DNA of 64,000 bases, from positions 744,001 to 808,000 of the forward strand of contig OZ237767.1 of the NCBI GenBank assembly GCA_965178125.1, given 5' to 3'. Made by a program: the position numbers and the translations under genes. Under the pieces are notes generated by a model that was given only the letters and a program-made list of their open reading frames with translations, made no database searches and was not told where the DNA came from. Position 1 is the stretch's first letter. The number at the start of each line of letters is the position of its first letter. This stretch comes from Bilabrum cf. latius (taxonomy: Eukaryota). This document shows, in pieces, positions 50,574-61,251 of the stretch.

Positions 50574-51908
50574 TTACAAGGCTGATCCAGAACTGGGGGC
50601 AGCACCAGCACCAGCACCAGCACCAGCACCAGCACCAGCACCAGCACCAGCACCAGCACCAGCACCAGCACCAGCACCAGCACCAGCACCAGCACCAGCA
50701 CCAGCACCAGCACCAGCACCAGCACCAGCACCAGCACCAGCACCAGCACCAGCACCAGCACCAGCACTCTCGGTCTCAAGTTCTTCGATGCTCCGCTTGG
50801 CCTCAAGCAGACGGGCCAGCCGGGCCTTCTTGGTCGCGACTTTCGCCCGAGCATCAGCCACTAGAGTGCTTCTTCGCGCAGCTTCTATTCGAACGCGTTC
50901 CGCCCGAACCTTGAGGTCTTCCGCAGCAGCCCATGCGTGACCCTCCACGCCGGCGCTCCAACCGATCAGCGCATCTGCTAGCCGGTGGTGACCCGCCCTT
51001 CGTGCCACCTCGGCTACGGATGCCCCCGTCCCGGGGTCAGCCGGTGCATGCACCCAGGCGGCAGAGGGGGCATCCGCCGAGAGCGCGCGCAGAGTCCCAA
51101 TCCGACCAGCAGCCGCGGCGAGCGTCACTGCAAGCCCGCCTCCCGCCCCGGAATCAGGTGCGGAGACCCTTGCCGCCCGGGAGGCCCCTGCCGCCACGAG
51201 CACGCGCACCGCCTCAGTGTGGCCCTTCCTCGCCGCAATGTGCAGCGCGGTCTCTCCCGCTCCTGTGCGCGCCTCCAGGTCCAGCCCAAGCGAGCCCCGA
51301 GGAGGTGGAGCCGGGCCCGCACTTGAGACTAGCAGTGCGCGAAGGACCGCCGCGTGACCCCCGGCCGCTGCCAAGTGTAGTGGCGTCCAGCCGTTTCTGG
51401 GATCGCGTGCCAGCAATGCGCCGGCCTTTGGCGAAGCGTGGCCTGTTCCGCCTCCCGCAGTTTTGGCCAAGGCACCAGGTCGCACGTCCATCACGGGTTG
51501 GTTCAGATCAAAAAGCAGCAGTCGCCCGCCTGTCGCGCGATTCTAGGCGTGTCCCAGTCGCACCAGCTCTTCTACTACATCAACTTCTCCTCTACGGCAG
51601 GCATCGTGCAGGGCTGAGCGACCGTTGCCATCAAGAGCAGTGACGTCGGCTCCAAGCCTCTGCAACATCCGCAGGATTTCAAAGGAGCGCACGCCTCCTC
51701 TAGCTGCAACATGCACACATGTTTTGCCAAAATGGTGCATCCAGTCCCTAGCATTCAGGTCTCCCCCACGGGCCACAGCCGAGGCCAGCAATGTAGTGTC
51801 ACGCCGCTCCACAGCCTCGAATGCCTCCTACTCGGGCAAAGACAAAGGTCTCTCCCCGCGGGCTATGTCACAGAGCACAATTTCGGCCGTTTCAGAGTCT
51901 GCGATCAT
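50574..51908 (-). CDS. Ankyrin-repeat protein with C-terminal Gly-Ala tract (TAG=Gln)
   Basis: GKTCVHVAA, GRSALHDAC, GWTPLHLAA and GETALHIAA. TAGs near 51828 and at 51543 are in frame; TAA 50574-50576. Confidence 0.85.
50601..50766 (-). repeat. (GGTGCT)n, ~27 copies, coding poly(Gly-Ala)
   Basis: Perfect CACCAG array on the + strand. Confidence 0.95.
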
Positions 51909-52193
51909 GTTGCTAGCCAGGAAACCAATGCTACCACGACCCCAACGGATCCAATCGCTTCTCAGCGTGCAATCGCTACAATTCTCAGTATTCACTCCAC
52001 GACATGCTCCTCAATCCAGATAAACACCTGCTGCTAGTAGATTATGTCTGAGACATTTCATTTATGTGTTTCTCTCAATGTGAATATCGCTTTGAATGTA
52101 AACGCTGCCGATCTGCGAATTATGAAGATGAAAACTATGCTGCAACGCCACAGGACTCTCAGAAGGCCTTCACCCGTCGTGCCAATACACGCA

Positions 52194-52964
52194 ATGTCTG
52201 GGAAAGCAGATTCGAATATAACGGTTCGAATGGGGGAAGGCCGTAGGCGTATTGTCCGGTAGGTTCAAGCTTCCAGGGGGGCAGCGACCTTGTCGGAGCG
52301 ATTCGCGCAGATAAGACGCAGGGCAGCAGCCCTGTAGCGAGAAAGATCAAAGCAGCCGGCGGTTGTTGTTTAGGTGCCCCGAGTGTCTGTGCAGCAAAGC
52401 CAGCGCCCTCAGCTGCAGGTTGACCGCCCGAAATCCAATGGTCGTTTAGAGATTCGCAAGTCACCGGGAGGTCGCCAGCGTTTCTTGGATGTTCAGCCCA
52501 AGAGTTCCAAGTATCAAGCCATGGACGCGTCATACAAGCGTGGCGATGCTGGCAAGCGATCGTCTGGCAGTCCCCGGGTTCGTGGCGGTGGCCGGGATCG
52601 GGCAGACCAGCCTCAACGTGGCCCCAAGCAGCAAGCGAAGAAGCAGACCGCCCGAGCTCCGTAGCGCAAGGCTGCATCACAGGCTGCTGCCGCTCCAGGT
52701 GGCAAGAAGAATGGGGTGGCAAAGGCAGGTGCTGGCGCCGGCGCAAAGCCGAAGGGCAAGGAATCGAAGAAGCAGGAGAAGGGTGCTGACTTGGGGCTGT
52801 CCAAGAGCGTAGACCCCGCGAGTCTTGACTACGAAATGGACCGCTACAGGCACCAGGCAGGGCGAGGTCCCGACCCAGATCAGGCCCGGTTGGATCGGGA
52901 GCTGGAGGGGTACAGGGCAGGTCGCAAAGGCAAAGGGACTGCGGGAGCCGAGGGGTCGACCTGA
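52194..52964 (+). CDS. CHTOP/Friend-of-PRMT1-like RNA-binding protein (TAG=Gln)
   Basis: N-terminal TLSERF, RGG segments, and duplicated C-terminal SLDYEMDRY / RLDRELEGY motifs. Four in-frame TAGs; TGA 52962-52964. Confidence 0.65.
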
Positions 52965-53165
52965 AGACAGAGCGGGCCCCTGGCCGTCCATCGGATGACA
53001 CTCACAGTTTTAATCATGACGATTTGCAACCGTTTCTATAACCCACTAGGCTCTGTAGCAGAAACCCAACGATTTCCCAGGCCAGCAATTATTCCAGGTC
53101 CATGTGACGATCGTCACACGGGATCGACTGGGGAACTTCGCGAGCACAACAAACAGGCATCAGCA

Positions 53166-54497
53166 ATGTTTGCGAGCACGAATCAGCTAGAATCGGCTAT
53201 ACTAGAATACTTTGATGGCCGCTCCTGCAGGGCTGCAGTGAAGTCTCTGGAATCCGCAGGTTGGGCACGAAATGTGAGACAAACGAGCAGTTGCAGTTTT
53301 GAGATATGACCATTGGGCATGCAGGTGCGTTTTCCGAATACTAAGTTAGCATCGCTGGCTTGTGTTATTTTCTGTATGTTGCAGGTGCACCAGGGCTCCC
53401 TACGGGAGCGTGCCAAACAATTGCTGGGGTCATCAAGGCTATCCCAGCGACCAGGTAGCGAGCAGCTCGACACAGGAAGCCGGTCATCCTCAGATTCCAG
53501 CTCAGATTCTAACTCAAGCTCTGACAGTGACAGTGGTACCGACAGTGATAGTGACAGGGATGACGCTAGCGAAAATCAGAGTGTGCCCATAGCTGCTGCC
53601 GTTGCTGCCGCTTCGGGAGAGGTCAAGGTACAGGTAGTCCCTCAAGATGGAGCCGACGCAGACGACGAGTCTTCATCTTCCAGTGACAGTGACAGTGATA
53701 GTGATAGTGATAGTGATAGTGATAGTGATAGTGATAGTGACAGTGATAGTGATAGTGATAGTGATGGGGGCGCCAAGGCTGGTGCCGCCGATGAGACTTC
53801 ACAGAAGCAAGCCAGCGGCAGTGCTGGCAGCAGCAGCAGTGACAGTAGCAGCAGCAGCAGTGACAGTAGCAGCAGCAGTGACAGCAGCAGCAGCAGTGAC
53901 AGCAGCAGCAGCAGTGACAGCGATTCCTCGTCAGAATCTAGCGACGATGAGAAGGAGAAGGACGAGGAGAAGGACGAGGAGGAGGCGCGGGCAGGGCTGG
54001 GACAGAAACGGCCGCGACCGACCTACGGGTCAGATGAAGCAGGAGGGGCCGAGCTTAAGTTCATGCAGAAACCTGATGAGGAGCTCGAAGACGGTCACGT
54101 GGCCAAGCGAGGGAGGACTGAAGCAGCACCCACCACGCCGGGCGCTCCCCCAGTGGAGTCCGAGTTCTACAATGCTGGAATTGCAGGGTACGGCATCGGT
54201 TCGGCTGCTCCTCGCCCCAATGGCAGAGTGAGTGATGGGAAGCGCAAGGCTTTTTGCCGCATCAACGTGGAGGAGGAAGCCGCCAAGCTGCAGGGCGCCG
54301 ACCATCGGATCAGGGACAACAGCTATGCTGGCACATTTGGCGACAAGGGCTGGGGTGCTCGAGCTAGTCAGGCAATGATGCGGGTGCGTGGCAAGGATTT
54401 CAGGCATGAAAAGACGAAGCGCAAGCGGGGTGGATATCGCGGGGGTCGTATCGACCCGATGGCAGTGACGTCATACATCTTCGAGGACAGTGACTGA
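53166..54497 (+). CDS. NOLC1: Nopp140/SRP40-like nucleolar phosphoprotein; intron 53274-53384
   Basis: LisH-like exon 1, Ser/Asp tracts, and SRP40 C-terminal domain DNSY..WGARA..VRGKDFRHEKTKRKRGGYRGGRID; TGA stop. Confidence 0.85.
53682..53920 (+). repeat. (AGTGAT)n and (AGC)n-type coding repeats giving Ser-Asp and poly-Ser tracts
   Basis: Directly visible simple repeats inside the NOLC1-like CDS. Confidence 0.9.
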
Positions 54498-54750
54498 TAG
54501 ACAGTTGCAGCGTTTACGTTTGTCGGGCAAGCTTCGTTAATCCACTAACCCTGTAACTATTCGACATTCCAATCAAAGCATTCGCTGCCCGAATCGCCCC
54601 CCGGGGAGTCAATCCTGTAGCTCAAGTGGCGCTTGGAGGTCAGGTGTGCAGCTCTGGCTGCCGTTGAGGGTGGGAACCCTATCTAATCCTGTGAGCGGAA
54701 GGGACCTGTCGGTAACAGATGTCAGGCGGGCAGCTATACCTAACCCTAGC

Positions 54751-55313
54751 CAGCACCATGGCCTCATCCACGGCCCTCTCCACCCATCCACTGCCCGCCC
54801 CACCAGCACCATGGCCTCATCCACGGCCCTCTCCACCCATCCACTGCCCGCCCCACCAGCACCATGGCCTCATCCACGGCCCTCTCCACCCATCCACTGC
54901 CCGCCCCACCAGCACCATGGCCTCATCCACGGCCCTCTCCACCCATCCACTGCCCGCCCTACCAGCACCATGGCCTCATCCACGGCCCTCTCCACCCATC
55001 CACTGCCCGCCCCACCAGCACCATGGCCTCATCCACGGCCCTCTCCACCCATCCACTGCCCGCCCCACCAGCACCATGGCCTCATCCACGGCCCTCTCCA
55101 CCCATCCACTGCCCGCCCCACCAGCACCATGGCCTCATCCACGGCCCTCTCCACCCATCCACTGCCCGCCCCACCAGCACCATGGCCTCATCCACGGCCC
55201 TCTCCACCCATCCACTGCCCGCCCCACCAGCACCATGGCCTCATCCACGGCCCTCTCCACCCATCCACTGCCCGCCCCACCAGCACCATGGCCTCATCCA
55301 CGGCCCTCTCCAC
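54751..55313 (+). repeat. 53-bp subtelomeric tandem repeat, ~10.6 copies
   Basis: Unit CAGCACCATGGCCTCATCCACGGCCCTCTCCACCCATCCACTGCCCGCCCCAC, nearly invariant. Confidence 0.95.
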
Positions 55314-56283
55314 TTAGGGGGTTTAGGGGTTAGGGTTAGGGTTAGGGTTAGGGTTAGGGTTAGGGTTAGGGTTAGGGTTAGGGTTAGGGTTAGGGTTAGG
55401 GTTAGGGTTAGGGTTAGGGTTAGGGTTAGGGTTAGGGTTAGGGTTAGGGTTAGGGTTAGGGTTAGGGTTAGGGTTAGGGTTAGGGTTAGGGTTAGGGTTA
55501 GGGTTAGGGTTAGGGTTAGGGTTAGGGTTAGGGTTAGGGTTAGGGTTAGGGTTAGGGTTAGGGTTAGGGTTAGGGTTAGGGTTAGGGTTAGGGTTAGGGT
55601 TAGGGTTAGGGTTAGGGTTAGGGTTAGGGTTAGGGTTAGGGTTAGGGTTAGGGTTAGGGTTAGGGTTAGGGTTAGGGTTAGGGTTAGGGTTAGGGTTAGG
55701 GTTAGGGTTAGGGTTAGGGTTAGGGTTAGGGTTAGGGTTAGGGTTAGGGTTAGGGTTAGGGTTAGGGTTAGGGTTAGGGTTAGGGTTAGGGTTAGGGTTA
55801 GGGTTAGGGTTAGGGTTAGGGTTAGGGTTAGGGTTAGGGTTAGGGTTAGGGTTAGGGTTAGGGTTAGGGTTAGGGTTAGGGTTAGGGTTAGGGTTAGGGT
55901 TAGGGTTAGGGTTAGGGTTAGGGTTAGGGTTAGGGTTAGGGTTAGGGTTAGGGTTAGGGTTAGGGTTAGGGTTAGGGTTAGGGTTAGGGTTAGGGTTAGG
56001 GTTAGGGTTAGGGTTAGGGTTAGGGTTAGGGTTAGGGTTAGGGTTAGGGTTAGGGTTAGGGTTAGGGTTAGGGTTAGGGTTAGGGTTAGGGTTAGGGTTA
56101 GGGTTAGGGTTAGGGTTAGGGTTAGGGTTAGGGTTAGGGTTAGGGTTAGGGTTAGGGTTAGGGTTAGGGTTAGGGTTAGGGTTAGGGTTAGGGTTAGGGT
56201 TAGGGTTAGGGTTAGGGTTAGGGTTAGGGTTAGGGTTAGGGTTAGGGTTAGGGTTAGGGTTAGGGTTAGGGTTAGGGTTAGGG
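55314..56283 (+). repeat. Telomeric repeat (TTAGGG)n, ~160 copies
   Basis: Perfect TTAGGG array, G-strand on +, with two irregular proximal units (TTAGGGGG, TTTAGGGG). Confidence 0.98.
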
Positions 56284-56341
56284 TATCTAATATAAAGTCA
56301 GGGACAGGGTCGGGGAAAAAAAATTTTCATCTTCACTTTTT

Positions 56342-57840
56342 GTCGAAAAAATGCGCGCGACGATCTCGGCAACCAGATGAGATATGAGGACCGTTCAAAC
56401 TGCATCGGGACGGCCTGGGGGTACAATGTGGGGCAAATGTTCCCCAGGTTCCGTTTTGACCGCGCGGCGACAATATGGCTGGACGAAGATTGTCATGCAG
56501 AAAAAATGCGCGCAACGATCTCGGCAACCAGATGAGATATGAAGACTGTTCAAACTGCATCGGGACGGCCTGGGGGTACAATGTTAGGCAAATGTTCCCC
56601 AGGTTCCGTTTATACCGCGCGGCGACAATATGGCTGGACGAAGATTGTCATGCAGAAAAAATGCGCGCGACGATCTCGGCAACCAGATGAGATATGAAGA
56701 CCGTTCAAACTGCATCGGGACGGCCTGGGACCACAACTGGGGGCAAATGTTCCCCAGGTTCCGTTTATACCGCGCGGCGACAATATGGCTGGACGAAGAT
56801 TGTCATGCAGAAAAAATGCGCGCGGCGATCTCGGCAACCAGATGAGATATGAAGACCGTTCAAACTGCATCGGGACGGCCTGGGACCACAACTGGGGGCA
56901 AATGTTCCCCAGGTTCCGTTTATTCCGCGCGGCGACAATATGGCTGGACGAAGATTGTCATGCAGAAAAAATGCGCGCGACGATCTCGGCAACCAGATGA
57001 GATATGAAGACCGTTCATACTGCATCGGGACGGCCTGGGGGTACAATGTGGGGCAAATGTTCCCCAGATTCCGTTTTGACCGCGCGGCGACAGTATGGGG
57101 GGACGAAGATTTTCAGGCAGAAAAAATGCGCGCGGCGATCTCGGCAACCACAGGAGATATGAAGACCGTTCAAACTGCATCGGGACGGCCTGGGACCACA
57201 ACTGGGGGCAAATGTTCCCCAGGTTCCGTTTATACCGCGCGGCGACAATATGGCTGGACGAAGATTGTCATGCAGAAAAAATGCGCGCGGCGATCTCGGC
57301 AACCAGATGAGATATGAAGACCGTTCAAACTGCATCGGGACGGCCTGGGACCACAACTGGGGGCAAATGTTCCCCAGGTTCCGTTTATTCCGCGCGGCGA
57401 CAATATGGCTGGACGAAGATTGTCATGCAGAAAAAATGCGCGCGACGATCTCGGCAACCAGATGAGATATGAAGACCGTTCATACTGCATCGGGACGGCC
57501 TGGGGGTACAATGTGGGGCAAATGTTCCCCAGATTCCGTTTTGACCGCGCGGCGACAGTATGGGGGGACGAAGATTTTCAGGCAGAAAAAATGCGCGCGG
57601 CGATCTCGGCAACCACAGGAGATATGAAGACCGTTCAAACTGCATCGGGACGGCCTGGGACCACAACAGGGGGCAAATGTTCCCCAGGTTCCGTTTATAC
57701 CGCGCGGCGACAGTATGGTGGGACGAAGATTGTCATGCAGAAAAAATGCGCGCGGCGATCTCGGCAACCAGATGAGATATGAAGACCGTTCAAACTGCAT
57801 CGGGACGGCCTGGGACCACAACTGGGGGCAAATGTTCCCC
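56342..57840. repeat. 155-bp satellite array, ~9.7 copies, with 465-bp sub-periodicity
   Basis: Spurious ORFs recur every 155 bp (56475 to 57715); identical variants recur at 465 bp (56765/57230, 56920/57385). Confidence 0.95.
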
Positions 57841-58134
57841 GTGATTCTATTACATCAAGCATTGCAAGTATGGGGTTTGCACACCTACATGGTTGGGTTT
57901 GCATACGTACATGGGTTCGGGTTAGGTAAGAGGTTTTCCTTAGGGGCGTTCATTAGCTGTAAATGAGATTTCTTGATTTCAGCCGTTCATTCGCACTTTG
58001 AGTCATCATCATGTGTCATGTGTGCGAAGTTTGGAGAATGGCTGGCACACAGCTCTCGAGCAATCGAGCAATACAAGTAAGTGCTCATCTGGTCGGCGCC
58101 ACGCCCACAGTGACTGGGTGACTGGCGATCTTCA

Positions 58135-58590
58135 TTAATGTCAGAAAACCAAGTACCGTAAATGATACAGTGCAATAATGCAAACTCATGAATCAGCAAA
58201 TCGAATTTGCAACTCCCCCACAAAGGGGCAAGGCTAGGAATAGGGTGTATGTCATATACCGGCGAGAGGAGGTTGGCCCCGAAAATTGGGTGGATTTTTT
58301 AATCATGTCAGAAAACCAAGTACCGTAAATGATACAGTGCAATAATGCAAACTCATGAATCAGCAAATCAAATTTGCAACTCCCCCACAAAGGGGCAAGG
58401 CTAGGAATAGGGTGTATGTCATATACCGGCGAGAGGAGGTTGGCCCCGAAAATTGGGTGGATTTTTTAATCATGTCAGAAAACCAAGTACCGTAAATGAT
58501 ACAGTGCAATAATGCAAACTCATGAATCAGCAAATCGAATTTGCAACTCCCCCACAAAGGGGCAAGGCTAGGAATAGGGTGCATGTCACA
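58135..58590. repeat. 167-bp tandem repeat, ~2.7 copies
   Basis: ATGTCAGAAAACCAAGTACCGTAAATG recurs at 167-bp spacing. Confidence 0.9.
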
Positions 58591-58879
58591 GACCGGTAAG
58601 AGTGAGACTTGGTTGAAAATTATGAAACTCCGAGTAATTCCAGGGAACAGAGGTGCGTAGACATCATGTGGAAGGTGTAAGGCATTGGACATATTTCCGG
58701 GCTGAGAAAACATGGATCAAAGATTCGGGCTAGCCCAAACATTTGCGCAAGTCCCGATAGCTCAGCAACCAGATGCGGCATGAGTGCGTTTGAATATGCA
58801 TTCTATAAAAATGCCACGCCGGGCTACTTCGGCAATCCGAGATCACATATCCTGGAACACATGGATTTCATGGCTCTGA

Positions 58880-60372
58880 CTCTACCATTCGCCGTGATGC
58901 ATGCTGGTGGTCAAACTGCGTCGCAGCACATGCCTGTGGGTCTGGAGCACCTCCATGATACAGTCCGAGGGCACAGTGAGGGCAGGAAGGGGTGTGAAAT
59001 TCGACTCCGAGTTCGAAAAGTAACCGACGCGAAAGCAGTCGTGACCCGGCTATGACGAAGCCGCAGCCATCAACGACCAGTATCGGCTGAGATATGGACC
59101 ATTAAACACCCAAATATGCCACTTTCGTAACCCTAGCTATACGGAGAACGCCGATTTCTCGGCCCACAGACAGGATGTGCGTGCTATACGATGCGGGTTA
59201 GATAGGCCGGAGTCAGAACTAGTCGAGACGACGCGGGCACATGTTCGCTTGCAATCCGGAATCAGATAGGAGCAGGTAAACTGGTTCGGCTCTACCATTC
59301 GCCGTGATGCATGCTGGTGGTCAAACTGCGTCGCAGCACATGCCTGTGGGTCTGGAGCACCTCCATGATACAGTCCGAGGGCACAGTGAGGGCAGGAAGG
59401 GGTGTGAAATTCGACTCCGAGTTCGAAAAGTAATCGACGCGAAAGCAGTCGTGACCCGGCTATGACGAAGCCGCAGCCATCAACGACCAGTATCGGCTGA
59501 GATATGGACCATTAAACACCCAAATATGCCACTTTCGTAACCCTAGCTATACGGAGAACGCCGATTTCTCGGCCCACAGACAGGATGTGCGTGCTATACG
59601 ATGCGGGTTAGATAGGCCGGAGTCGGAACTAGTCGAGACGACGCGGGCACATGTTCGCTTGCAATCCGGAATCAGATAGGAGCAGGTAAACTGGTTCGGC
59701 TCTACCATTCGCCGTGATGCATGCTGGTGGCCAAACTGCGTCGCAGCACATGCCTGTGGGTCTGGAGCACCTCCATGATACAGTCCGAGGGCACAGTGAG
59801 GGCAGGAAGGGGTGTGAAATTCGACTCCGAGTTCGAAAAGTAACCGACGCGAAAGCAGTCGTGACCCGGCTATGACGAAGCCGCAGCCATCAACGACCAG
59901 TATCGGCTGAGATATGGACCATTAAACACCCAAATATGCCACTTTCGTAACCCTAGCTATACGGAGAACGCCGATTTCTCGGCCCACAGACAGGATGTGC
60001 GTGCTATACGATGCGGGTTAGATAGGCCGGAGTCGGAACTAGTCGAGACGACGCGGGCACATGTTCGCTTGCAATCCGGAATCAGATAGGAGCAGGTAAA
60101 CTGGTTCGGCTCTACCATTCGCCGTGATGCATGCTGGTGGTCAAACTGCGTCGCAGCACATGCCTGTGGGTCTGGAGCACCTCCATGATACAGTCCGAGG
60201 GCACAGTGAGGGCAGGAAGGGGTGTGAAATTCGACTCCGAGTTCGAAAAGTAGCCGACGCGAAAGCAGTCGTGACCCGGCTATGACGAAGCCGCAGCCAT
60301 CAACGACCAGTATCGGCTGAGATATGGACCATTAAACACCCAAATATGCCACTTTCGTAACCCTAGCTATAC
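58880..60372. repeat. 410-bp tandem repeat, ~3.6 copies
   Basis: CTCTACCATTCGCCGTGATGC at 58880, 59290, 59700 and 60110. Confidence 0.95.
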
Positions 60373-61251
60373 GCAGAAAAAATGCGCGCGGCGATCTCGG
60401 CAACCAGATGAGATATGAAGACCGTTCAAACTGCATCGGGACGGCCTGGGACCACAACAGGGGGCAAATGTTCCCCAGGTTCCGTTTTGACCGCGCGGCG
60501 ATAATATGGTGGGACGAAGATTGTCATGCAGAAAAAATGCGCGCGACGATCTCGGCAACCAGATGAGATATGAAGACCGTTCATACTGCATCGGGACGGC
60601 CTGGGACCACAACAGGGGGCAAATGTTCCCCAGGTTCCGTTTTGACCGCGCGGCGACAGTATGGGGGGACGAAGATTTTCAGGCAGAAAAAATGCGCGCG
60701 GCGATCTCGGCAACCAGATGAGATATGAAGACCGTTCATACTGCATTGGGACGGCCGGGGACCACAACTGGGGGCAAATGTTCCCCAGGTTCCATTTTGA
60801 CCGCGCGGCGACAATATGGTGGGACGAAGATTTTCAGGCAGAAAAAATGCGCGCGGCGATCTCGGCAACCAGATGAGATATGAAGACCGTTCAAACTGCA
60901 TTGGGACGGCCTGGGACCACAACAGGGGGCAAATGTTCCCCAGGTTCCGTTTTGACCGCGCGGCGACAGTATGGGGGGATGAAGATTTTCAGGCAGAGAA
61001 AATGCGCGCGGCGATCTCGGCAACCAGATGAGATATGAAGACCGTTCATACTGCATTGGGACGGCCTGGGACCACAACTGGGGGCAAATGTTCCCCAGGT
61101 TCCGTTTATACCGCGCGGCGACAATATGGCTGGACGAAGATTGTCAGGCAGAAAAAATGCGCGCGGCGATCTCGGCAACCAGATGAGATATGAAGACCGT
61201 TCAAACTGCATCGGGACGGCCGGGGACCACAACTGGGGGCAAATATTCCCC
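60373..61251. repeat. Second 155-bp satellite array, ~5.7 copies
   Basis: Same unit as 56342-57840. Confidence 0.95.

Noticed and set aside
5349-54497. Ciliate code (table 6, TAA+TAG=Gln)
   Set aside because: No in-frame TAA was seen in coding exons, and seven genes end at TAA in plausible C-terminal positions.
54646-56387. ORFs of 204-507 aa including poly(VR)
   Set aside because: These are translations of the 53-bp repeat and telomeric TTAGGG, not genes.
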